Part shown: in pieces, positions 50,687 through 61,780 of the stretch
Numbering within the stretch: position 1 is the stretch's first letter
Layout: each line of letters starts with the position of its first letter
Assembly (NCBI GenBank): GCA_011109175.1
Contig: RDEW01000006.1
Location: 1,448,133 to 1,512,132 of the forward strand
Reading direction: 5' to 3'
Source: Dicyema japonicum
Taxonomy: Eukaryota; Animalia; Dicyemida
DNA: 64,000 bases
Made by a program: the position numbers and the translations under genes
The notes under the pieces: generated by a model
Told to the model about the DNA's origin: nothing
Seen by the model: the letters and a program-made list of their open reading frames with translations, nothing else
Databases searched by the model: none

Positions 50687-52555
50687 AACACCCAAGACCA
50701 CGGTAAAACCAAAACTAACTATCACGTGATCCCGATGCGCTCCGCCAAAATCCTCATTCTTTCCCAGTGCTCCTCCCTCGTACCCACACAAGCTCGTACA
50801 GGGCAGCTGACTGTATTTGCAGGGCCACCTTCCCGCATGCCGGAGTTTTGTTTAATGAGGGCCTCCAGAGTAGTCAGTCCGGTTCTGTGTCTTCCACAAG
50901 ACCACCGCTCCGTCATTCTGAAAGCCTTCTTTTGAACGTCCTCAATCTTCTTAGTGTTCGTCCATGATAATGAAGGTCCCCACGAAGCACACGCGTACGA
51001 GAAGCATGGTTCGATGTATTGCTTGTAAATGTTCATCAAACACTGGGTGGGTACCTGTCTTCCATATTCCAGATAAACATTTTAATACATTAATCTCTTC
51101 TCGCACTTCAGAACAATGATTGCCACGTGTGGTGACAAACATAGGTGTGTATCCAGTGTCTCGCCCAGGATCTTCTGACATTTGGTGAAGGGGATTTCAA
51201 TGTTGTCCAATTTTAACTTGGCAGTCATCTTCCCCAACCTTTTGTCCGAAGTAAACATAGACGTGACCGACTTTCTGGAATTTATCGTGAGTCGGTTCTT
51301 CATTACCCAGGCGTTGAGTCGGTCCAGGTTAATTTGTAATCTTTCTGTAGCATTTTGGATATCCCGATCACGCGAGGCCAAAACAATGTCGTCCGCGTAT
51401 GTGAGTAGAACATCGTTATTGGATTCCGGTGTCGGAGGTCGCCAGGTATAAATTGAATAAGGCGGGGATAAAGGAAATCCTTGGGGGACACCGTTTGGGA
51501 GAAGACGCAAAACTGATTTCAGTCTTCCGAGGTATACACGTCCCCTCACTTAAGAAATTTGTTATCCAAAGTTTAAGCTTCCCCGGGATCTCGGACTGGA
51601 AAATTTTCTTTGATAATATTTTTCTCGAAATAGAATCAAAGGCCTTGTTAATATCAATGGAACATAAGACTGCTTTCAAATGCCTTGGTTTGTTTGAAAA
51701 GCCATCTCTAATGAAGTTGGTTAATTTCTGTAGGTACGTTGATGTATAACAATCGCTCTTGAATCCGTGTTGAAAATCCTTTTCTGGTAAGAAAGCCTTG
51801 ATTCTCCCAAGCACAAGCCTTTCCAGGATTTTTGATATGGAACATAACAATGACACAGGTCTAAATGATGCTGGATCTTCTTAGGTTTTCCAGGTTTCAG
51901 TATAGGTCGGATGTTGGCTTGCTTCCATAACAACGGTATTACAATTAATTTTTTTTAACAATTAAACAAATGTCAGTTGAGGAAGCCTGCTGCGTGGATT
52001 GCGAACGAGTTCCCTCGGAGTATGGCTATTCCAATCTTTTGTTTTAACCCTTCTCGTTGATCCCTTTTCTTTCTGGCAAGCAATCCTCCGAGTTCTCACA
52101 AGAACTCAGCCGTCATTGGACCAACGGCTCCCGATGATTCGGTCGCAACAGGAGTAAATCGGTAGAGATCCCCGAGGCAAGAATATTTCTTGATTTTTAG
52201 GTTCTCCGTAGTCGAAGCAGCTGCTCCAGGTGTCTGAACCGATTTAAAGACATTCGTGCTTGAGAACGTGTCTATACAAGTTGCGTCCCAGACCAAAGAT
52301 CTTTCAGACGTGAAAGGGAAAAGGGTCATCCCGTCAGGTCTCAATTAATTAAATAGTTATACACCGACGTTAGAAAACCGACTCCAATATCTCCAAGGTT
52401 CTTCAATAACACTACTGGAGTGTTGTCGGGACAGGCAGAGTACATTGTTCTTGTAAAATGCAGCGCATTCTTCACGTCTTCATCCGAGAAGTAAACTGGG
52501 TTAGAATCCTTCTTCAGTTTTCTCCATGAAGAAAGAAGCACTTCCGACTTGCTTA
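50687..52555 (-). mobile_element. APE-RT family LINE (RT to 3' end) interrupted by a nested CRE-like copy
   Basis: WKQANIRPILKPGK, QHGFK, DINKAFDSI, GVPQG, YADD; ends LAERIGIT* plus tail. Confidence 0.9.
51951..52341 (-). mobile_element. Nested 5'-truncated CRE-like LINE
   Basis: Near-identical to 29384-29780; 9-bp TSD CAATTAATT at 51942-51950 and 52342-52350. Confidence 0.92.
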
Positions 52556-52679
52556 TTCATTGAATTATTTGAACAGGATATTCCTACAAGGATTAAATTG
52601 AGCACGTACTTTTTTAAATTTAACTCAAAATAATTTTAAAAATATAATATAAAAGTAGACTAATATAAATCACTAAAGA

Positions 52680-52990
52680 TTGTTCCCCGGAAAACCATAA
52701 GTGATTTATGTTATATTTGACAAAGAAGTTAACAGTAAAAAACTAATTAAGTGTATTGAGTTTCCATTGTTGCAGAAACAAACTCCTTCAACGTCACACA
52801 AGTTTACTCAAAACAAGCATAAAGGTAAAAGACATTCATTCTTTGCAGAAGTGAAATCTCCTCAAGTTATGTGAGAGCAAGTGATTTTTTCGTGCCAGTC
52901 TGTCACTGGGCGCTACATGAACCAGGTGGATCACATGACACCGCTTTAGTAAAAAGGGGAAGAGGAAGAACAGACAAAACAAACAGAAAT
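52680..52990 (-). mobile_element. SINE-like family B copy (degraded)
   Basis: Shares CAGGTGGATCAC, TTTTCGTGCC and the LINE-type tail with 23527-23780. Confidence 0.6.
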
Positions 52991-53019
52991 CTTCAACTTC
53001 AATAGAAATCTTCAGACTT

Positions 53020-53600
53020 GGAATAATTCTAATCTAGTCCTATACTCTCAAAGAATTCCCTGGGACAGACCCCCATGGAGTAGACCTCCTCTGCTATTCG
53101 AACATACATCTTCAAGTCATCGGTAAAAAGATGATTTGTACTGAAACAAACACCCTCACAATGAACTCGTATTTTCTCATACGAGTCATTGAGGCAGCGA
53201 CTCACAGGGCTGACATGCAGGTTATCGGTCGAGAATCTGTAATACAGGACACATAGACTCGTGCAATGAAGTGTATCTTTTGATAAAGAAATTCATTCCC
53301 AGTTGGTTGGAGGATTCCATTCTGCTCTTTGCATTTTTTCAATTCTTAAGAGGCATCATAGGATCCACCAGACCAAGGTAACGTCCAGTGCCTGGCCGAC
53401 ATTTCTCCAGGAGCTGGATGGACCCCACGTTGTATGTGTTCTTATCCAAGGCTACTCCTAGGTTTTTTAATTACTCTTGATAGCCAGCCAACAGCGCATT
53501 TGTCACTGATAAAGTTAAGCCATTTTTTCACTTTCTTTGAGATCGATACTCGGCTTGTCCGAGGCGAAAATGAAGGTGGTGGATATTTCTAAAATAGTAG
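53020..53600 (-). mobile_element. Internally deleted R4-like LINE fragments
   Basis: Blocks match 1345-1520, 1783-1803 and 1895-1950. Confidence 0.75.
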
Positions 53601-53817
53601 ACATCGAGTTGTTTTGACCCAAAAAGTAGTCAATCCGATAATTTACATGATTCCATAGATTAAAGTAAAGTAGCCACGTGTCATATGCAATGATTCATTA
53701 TTGGAAGTTAAGGAAGACAAGGATGCGGGAAAAACAAACATCGTCTTAAAGTAATCCACGATGTTTTGTATGAGTCATTAACAATGTGAAAATCCTAAAG
53801 CGACTCTCAACGGCTAC

Positions 53818-54430
53818 CTTATTATTATTAATAAGCACACCGCAAAACAACGTTAGTGAAGTTATCTCGCTTGTGCCACCCTCTCCTGGATGCGTTTTGT
53901 TAATCGCTTCCAGTTACTTTTGTTCCTCGATAGGTCCGTCAGATTTTCAAGGTCATCTGCCGATGCTAACTCTTTTCCAATCGAGGTTAGGTCTCGATGT
54001 AGAATGGTTGGGAACGTAATCTGTGGTCTTCCCCTGAAGGTCGATCCCGGATAGGAGCGAAGAAATGTTCCATAGCGAGATTGGCGGGAGTGTTCCTGTT
54101 CATTCATAAGATGTGACCGAATAAGCCCCAACTGTTACTTCTTATTTCTCCGTCCAATGGGTGGATATTTAATGGGAGTAAGGTATATGTTTGAGGTGTG
54201 CTTTGGCCAGAAAATTCTTAGAATGTATCTGAGCTGTATTCTATGAAAGGAGTTCAGACTTTTCATTTCAAGCGAGGTGAGTGCTAGGTAGAAGAGTTGT
54301 ACAGTAAAACCAGTTTTACGAACATATTGTATAATTTGATTTTTAAAGAGGCAGGAAATTGTTTACCTCGTAACCATACATTGTTAAGTTTTTAGAGCGA
54401 AAAATGCTAGTGATTTTCTTCGTAGTATGT
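53818..54430 (-). mobile_element. RTE-like LINE 3' end with (TAA)n tail
   Basis: IKLYNMFVK, FHRIQLR, RGRPQIT...WKRLTKRIQERVAQAR*. Confidence 0.82.
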
Positions 54431-54563
54431 CTTTTGTATCTCCTATGAGCAGTGGTTCCCATAGTGTGCCTGGAGGCACCCTAGGGTGCATCAAAAAAAT
54501 TATGATATTTAAAAAAATTAATTTAAATTAAATATTTGTTATAATATTCCACGCCTACTTCGT

Positions 54564-54705
54564 TTGCAGACTGTGGAGGTGGAGAAAAAAAGGAAGTATG
54601 ACTTTCTTGCAAACGAGATGGGGGCAGATGCTTGGTTGCAAGGTCCTCGTTATTCCTATAGTAATGACGTGGGAAGGAATCGCAACAAAGTACCACAAGG
54701 GTTAT
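54564..54705 (+). mobile_element. R4-like RLE fragment
   Basis: Near-identical reverse complement of 22775-22915. Confidence 0.85.
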
Positions 54706-54899
54706 TCGCGGATTATTTTTTTCTTGTTGGCAAAATCCATAAGCAAGATATTCTTATATATTCTATTCTAGAAGTGGAATTATAGAGGAACAGCTAGTTA
54801 TCCTCAATGACAAAAAATCACACACAGCATCAAGACCCGGAAACTCCAATACAGCTCCTGACCTCACTCTATGTTCTCAACCACTATCTTAGGCGATAT

Positions 54900-56450
54900 C
54901 CTGAAAAACTATATATGATCTCCACTCTGACCATAATTTAATTCTTATGTCAATTGAACTACTCCCGCCTATTCTTAGGCTCTGAAAACCATAATAAATT
55001 ACTAACGTGCAAAATGGGATTCATTCAGCGGAGAAACGGATAAAATTTCTATCCGAAATTTGATCGATGGTACAATTTCATCAGAATTAACCACCAAACA
55101 AAACTAAAGGATTTTTGAAGTACTTTACGTGGAATTCAGTCGAGATAAAATAGAATGGAGACAACCCACGCCACCAATATTGGTAAGAACACCACGTGAT
55201 TTTGCACATCAGGCAGATATCAAAATGGACCACTACGCAAAAGTGGGTCACATCAGCATGAACAGATGCTCCCGTCCATGCAAATTGAAAAACTTTCAAA
55301 CTCCTCAAGGAAAACCGATTGCAATCAGATTGATGTCGAAAAACTTATCAAAACGCCAAAAACTTTCCTGCCAAATGGCTTATGGAATCTGCATTCAAAG
55401 CACGTGGGAATGCAAGGACTCAAGGCAATAACAAACATAATTTCTGTGTCCGTCAACAACTGCCGAATTGTTGCGATACGGAAAAATCCAAAATAATCCC
55501 AACTTTGAAGTCCAAAAGAGATCCTTTGGATCCGGGATCTTTCAGACCAATTTCACTACTATCTGTAGTATCGAAAATTGTTGCACGTGTTGTATTAAAA
55601 CTAATTTTGGAGTATCTTCTTTTCCCAGATATTCAACATGGCCTTTGTCCACAATACTACACATCTCCCAACTCTAACTCAATATATCGCTGATGGTCTC
55701 AACAATACTCCCAACGGAATATCCTTGTCTCGATGACTTAACCAAGGCCTTTGATCGAACATCAAGGTTCTAAGCAACAAAATTCTTGCATCTAAAATTC
55801 CTCCACTTCTTCAGAATAGGCCATCAAACTTCCTCTCTGGAAGAATTGTTCAGATTGAAGTGATGTCCTGTCTATCGCACTACCTATTCCTTCCAATTGA
55901 AGTTACCCAAGGCTCAGTTTTGTTTCCTACCTCATTCAACTTGCACCTAAGTGAGATTCCATCCAATTCCAAGACACTTCTCCTATAGTATGCGGATGAC
56001 CTGATTATCGCATCTAAAAATAAATACGTTAACGAAGGATGTTCAGAACCACCTAAACACTCTTGGAGGGTGGCTTGGAGCAAATCACCTACCCCACTCT
56101 CCATCGAAATCCACCGTCGCTGTATTCACGTCCAACGTCTGCCAACTAAATTTTCAACCAATTTCAACAAGAAAAACACTCACCGTTACGACACATCCAA
56201 AAAATACTTGGAGTCATTTACGACCAACTACTAACTTTCTCGAAACCGACGTATGATGTCCTCTGTCCCTTTTGCAACCTCTACGTGTTGGCAACAAATC
56301 ACCTATCTGAATGTCATGAATTAGCACAATGTTCGTCTACAATGCCGGGACTGACCGATCTATGGGACCGATCGGCATTTGCCTTGTCCTATTTAACAGC
56401 TGACCTCCTACAAGTTAGTGAGGTCGGAATTACTTAACTAATCAACATAG
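54900..56450 (+). mobile_element. Degraded APE-RT LINE (APE end, RT, C-terminal Cys/His knuckle)
   Basis: SDHNLI, SFRPISLLSVVSKI, QHG, KAFD, VTQGSVL, YADDLII, CPFC......HL.EC. Confidence 0.8.
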
Positions 56451-56519
56451 TGAAAATACACTATGAATTTATTATCCAAAATTAATAATCTAATTTGGTA
56501 CGTATTTATATAAGGTTAG

Positions 56520-56855
56520 CCACTTTTCAGCATATACTACACTTTACCAAGAGCCATTTTAGTCATTGCTCTTCACAGCAAGACACACACTTTATTTAAG
56601 TAAGGAACGTTATCATAACTAATCGATGAGGAGAACTAAGGAATGCTCTTCACTTCTTTTTTTCTTTTTGTCGGGTGTGAGTCATTTTGTAGACGATCCG
56701 GTTCCCCAGTGAAATGTCCACTGTTGACGGCATCACTCGTCAAGACAAAGTATCGTAGATGCGTGGGACCTTCAGCCGGAATGTACAGTAGCTTGATTTA
56801 AACTAGGAGTCATCAGGCCTTCTGCCCGGCACTCGTTACATCGTGCCACCCTGCC
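56520..56855 (-). mobile_element. SINE family A copy
   Basis: Colinear with the reverse complement of 43963-44280. Confidence 0.8.
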
Positions 56856-57799
56856 AGAATAAGGAAATAAGAAAAATAAATGAATGACCACAAGGCCCTG
56901 CGTTATCCGTATATAGTAAACCACAAAATAACAAAATAAATAATATTTATTACGACTCGCAGAGATCTTCGCTTTCACGTCGAGTCCAGGAAAAAGCAAA
57001 GAGATCTTGAAATTAACTTCCATCAAGAGATATTCTGCTTTCACCCAGTGGCGCTTGAGTTCCACTCTGACATTCTTAGGGAGCAGAGATTCTGAAACGC
57101 TAATATTAAGAGGTATGGGTTACAATATTTTGCTGTCTTTAAGGCCCACGTGGCACGAGTAGACACAATGTCGTTTATTTTTCATAAATATGATTAGAGA
57201 ATCTTTAGTTGGAGATAAATACTGAGGATATATAGTCATATCCTTGACCAAGGTCACCAAGGATCTGCGTCAGACAGGATGGCTTCGAGAGCCTCGCAAA
57301 TCGATAGCTATCGTCAGAGTTTTCGTCTAATTCAGTGATCTGGTATCTGCGCCTCTCCTCACATTTCGGTGTTGTCTATATTCCTTTATAATCCCCCAGA
57401 AAGGGGAAGGTTTCTTTACAAGTGTATATGCATACTCCGAGTAGGCATTAATCTCTTCTTTGAGTGGATCTTTTGCTGAGCCTTTTGTGGGACAGGGGGT
57501 GTATCCATGGTGGACATGCGTGTTCGGTAGTTGGAAAGATATACTGTTTGTATAAAAATTCGAGGAAAGGAATGTAAGAAATCGGGGATCTGGCAAAGGT
57601 CTTGAAAATCCCAATTTTATTTTGCACGTGATGTGTGAATGTGAACAGTGGGTCTAATGTGATTCCATAAATGTGAGTTTGGTTCAAAGTCTCATGTGTC
57701 CTTGTATTGTTTTTTCTGGACCCCGATGTATTGCTGAGACTATAAGATCGTCTTACGCTAATGGTCAGAACCCGATTTTGTACGCTACGTGTGTTTATA

Positions 57800-58500
57800 C
57801 GTACTCTCAGAAAAATTTGGCTGCTTCAGTCTCGGACCCAGGTCACGCTTTTAAACAATCCCAGGATCAGAAGAGGAGGAAATACTGAAGAATTTCGGAG
57901 GATCACTTGTTTGTCCCATTTTGTTGTTGAGACGTCAGGAATCTTTGGTCCACAAGCTGACGATCTAGTCCGTCGGACAAGATAGACCAAGTTAGTGACG
58001 ACACTCCAAGATAGACCAAGTTAGCGACGTCTTCATGATCCTCAAACTGCACTTTTGTTGGTTGAATCCTCGAAAGTCAGATCCACAGAGCGTTAGTTAT
58101 CTCCGTCAAAAAGATCTAACCTCAAGAGATACATTAATGGCTAGTATTTTGCAGAGACGGAAAACGACCAGATTGGATGATAATCTTCTCTTTTAAAGCC
58201 GGGAAACCTCTCGTCTGGGACGCCACTTGCACCGACATGTCTACCCCTTGTAACCTACTCAAAGTACCTCTGGAGCCTGTTCTGCGCTGAGAGGCCGAGA
58301 GGTTGAAGCGGGCAAAGTACACGGTCCTACCACATGATTTTTTGTTCGCTCCAATCCCCATTGAGAAGTCTGGTTCTCTTGCGTCTGCGATGCTGGAATT
58401 CTTGAGTCATCTAGGGAATCGATCAGGAGACCCCCGTGAGGGCTGCTAGTTATATGAGCGAATCTCACTCGCCATCTTGAAAGGTAATAGCCAGGTAAAT
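57800..58500 (+). mobile_element. Two degraded CRE-like RLE fragments
   Basis: FVVETSGIFGPQADDLVRR; DGKRPD...PLVWDATC...AKY...AILKGNS. Confidence 0.75.
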
Positions 58501-58679
58501 GTGTTTCTTTAACTGTTAAATTGCCTCTGTGGTGATAATTGAATTTTAATTAACCACTAGGAGTTAAAAAATAAATCGTAAGGTTAAATTTTTTTAACTT
58601 TATTTTTTTAATTATTTCAACAAATTATTATTTATGAAAGATCTAAGAACTCAAGGGAACTTTTGTTTCCAACATTTTT

Positions 58680-59320
58680 GACGACGGGGATGGAAGTGAA
58701 CTTAGAGGCAGACTTGGTTCTAAACTGACTGCGGTCTGTTGTGAAGGGGTAAAAGACGACTTGGCTGGTCAAGAGCTGAGAAGATTGAAGTACAACCAGG
58801 AGAAAATATTATTTAGACGCCCTTGAAAAAGAGAGAGGCGGTGGTACATCAAAATAGCATGAAGCAATCCCGATTTCATCAGGTACTTTAGAAAATCCAT
58901 TATGTGGAGTGTATTCGGGTTTATCGGTAAGCTAGATAGCTGTTTCATCCGAGTTCTTCCTTCATCCATGCCCTGAAATCCACTCACCAAAGATCTGGCT
59001 CTTCACAGGCCGAAACTTTTAAAAAAGAAATTCGAGAACCTTGGAGGACTATTCATCTTCAAATGGTGTCGCCAAAAAGGACCATTATCATCTCCCAATC
59101 CACTACTCAAAATTCGCTTGGTCATTTCCCTTTATTAGTAAAACTTCACAAATATAAGAAATTGTTTTTAAGACATGTTTTTATCAGTTGAGCCACCTGA
59201 AACATTACACACGAACAATGGAAAAGAGTTTTGTAACTTTAAAGTATCAGCATTATTATGTGATTGGGGGATAACGGCGATTCATGGTAGACCAAATGAG
59301 ATTAAGGAGATTTTGATGGC
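58680..59320 (+). mobile_element. Degraded rve integrase fragment
   Basis: YSKFAW, PPETLHTNNGKEFCN, IHGRP. Confidence 0.65.
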
Positions 59321-60429
59321 CATATGAGAGAAAAAACAGAAATTAACATACAACTAAATCATACCTGTATTATTTTAAACAAAAAGTTTTATTTGATCTT
59401 AAAAGGATAATTCTAATTAAAATGTTCTCTATCCAATTCGTTTCCTCTTCGAGCAACTATGGGAGTAAACCCAATTGTCACAGTCCTTTTTTTCGCTCAC
59501 ACTCTTCTCTTGAATTTTTTCATAGGGCGAGTTACAGAAGCATCAATTCCAGAAAGAGGCTGGACTAACTCGATGGCAATTGTATTTATTTCCACGAATA
59601 GAGAAAGATGACTAAAGAAGGACAAACAAGTTTCGAATAGGTCAATAAGAGTTTGGGAATCACTACTGAGTTAGGTAAAATGTGAGCAAATCCCATAAGT
59701 TAGAAAGTACTGCCGGTTCTGAGAAAAAGAAAACTGCACTGTTAGTGATTTGTAAGGATTCTCAGTTTAGTAGATGTGGCCTAAAATTCTTTGTTTTTCA
59801 GTCAATTCAGGCCATTTAAGAATTCATCATGTAATCTTCTACATAGTAAACTTGGTAGCCTTTGCTTGAGTGGTTGATTAACTCTAATGTTTTTCATGCC
59901 TCTATCGTACTCTCAGTCTGTCTATTCTACCCGTTTACAATTGCAACTTTCAACATCAGTAGACTCACTTTGGACACTAAACAGGATACCTTGTGCATGG
60001 ATTTGGAACGATACAAAATTAACGTGGCCTGCCTACAGAGGTGGAATATGCAACAAAATTATACTATCACCGCCGATTTACGTCACTATGAAATGGGCTT
60101 CGCAGTTCATCTATCACTTGTGACTCGGATACTCAAGAGTTACTGACCGAATCGCTATCTTTCCACTAGACATTGGATCACGTAAAAAGAACTCGATTAT
60201 GTCTGCATAAATGTCGAGACATGCGAAGAGGAAATGGATTTTGTTACATGAGACATGCGAGGAGGTAAGTTACTTGGAGATAACGGATAGTGAAGAACCT
60301 AAGTATTAATACGCTTATGGGCAACATGGAACTGCATTAACAAACTTAACTAATTGTAGTTTTTTGCGATTAAAGGAATAAGTATTTGACAAAACGAGAA
60401 AACGTGAAATCCAGCAATAAGTCAACTAA

Positions 60430-61270
60430 CTACTGAATTGGCTTCATTACAAACAATCCTTGAAACGAATAATTCTCATCTGAGGATGGTTCATAATAAT
60501 AATAAGAATCAGGTCCCTTATCAAAGCATTCGACAAAATATGACGAAAGACCGAACATTCCAATTTCATTCAGATTCTTTCCTATTACATACTGTCCCCC
60601 AGTATCCTGATTTAGATATTGGTGCCAGTTGTTTCCAAAGTTTCTACCATATCTGGCATACACGACAGTTTTGTTGTTAAATTGCATTGAAAGCATTTGT
60701 GGGGGCAACTCTCCTGGCTTTGATGACTTCAGAAAGGGAGTGAGGGACAACCCAATCAAGGCTACAAATAAACATGAACTCTACCAAGCAAAATAAATCC
60801 AATTGACATGAATTTTGTTACTGGAGTAAAGGTGGATGGGATTTTTTCATTCGTCGTGAGCGTTTGAGTGGTAGAGAGGGTAGTAGAGGGGGAAGTAGAA
60901 GAAGTAGTAGGTTTCGGGGTCTTTTTAGGTTTCGAGACTTTATTCTGTTGATAAAAATTATAGTTATTACAGTTGTTGTAAGAATCGTCTCCGATAGGGT
61001 TTGAACAAGTTTCGATTTTATATCACTTTTTATGGATTTTTAATATCGTTGTACTGGTCCTTATTTATATATTTTCCATCCACACAGACATCGGTATCCA
61101 TGTTCACACCAACACTTTCTGTAAGGTTAAAATCCAACTTTACCTGTAAAGATAAGTGCTCGCTTAGGTTTGTCCAAGTTTTCTATGAGGTTTTTGTAGA
61201 CTTCGTTTGTATCGGAGAAATTTCATCAGATGTGTGCAATAATTTGTACAGCCATATGTGGAGCAATTTA
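60430..61270 (-). pseudogene. EGF-like / Ser-Thr stalk / single-TM membrane protein, frameshifted in its 5' part
   Basis: Cys pieces CSTYGCTNYCTH, CWCEHGYR, TCSNPIG. Stalk KPKKTPKPTTSSTSPSTTLSTTQT. A 23-nt intron (60762-60784) joins the TM segment FMSIGFILL/ALIGLSLTPF to a tail of about 100 aa. Confidence 0.5.
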
Positions 61271-61354
61271 GTTAAAGCATTGGCTAATGAAGAATTTTAA
61301 TTTATAGTTGTTTTTTTTAATTAATTATAAAATTGGTTTCTTTTAATTTGACCC

Positions 61355-61538
61355 TTTACAAAGTTATTAAGTATTTTGACAAAGTTATTAAACATTTTGA
61401 CAAAGTTATTAAATATTTTGACAAATTATTAAACATTTTGACAAAGTTATTAATATTTTGACAAAATTATTAAATTTTATGACAAAGTTATTAAATTTTT
61501 TGACAAAGTTATTAAATTTTATGACAAAGTTATTAAAT
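61355..61538. repeat. AT-rich minisatellite, about 21-bp unit x ~9
   Basis: TTTGACAAAGTTATTAAAYAT repeated with small indels. Confidence 0.93.
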
Positions 61539-61599
61539 AAATCGGAAAACCCTGTATTATTTTTAATTTTTTAAATTAATTAATTTATTAAAAAATAAA

Positions 61600-61780
61600 T
61601 TAAAAGTTAGAGTTTTAATGGCTATGCTGATTCCTCTGACGATAGCTACCGAGATAAGCTCTTGTAACAATCCAGTCTCATGTGGATCCTTGGTGACCCT
61701 TTGGATTGTTGAGCCGATCCGACTGACTAGATCGTCAGCTTTTGAGTCAAGGATTTTTGACGTCTCTACAGCACTTGTCC
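61600..61780 (-). mobile_element. CRE-like 3' fragment, second subfamily
   Basis: AVETSKILDSKADDLVSRIG...ISVAIVRG. Confidence 0.7.

Noticed and set aside
61355-61538. CRISPR-like or telomeric array
   Set aside because: Head-to-tail AT-rich ~21-mers with no spacers and no G-rich strand.
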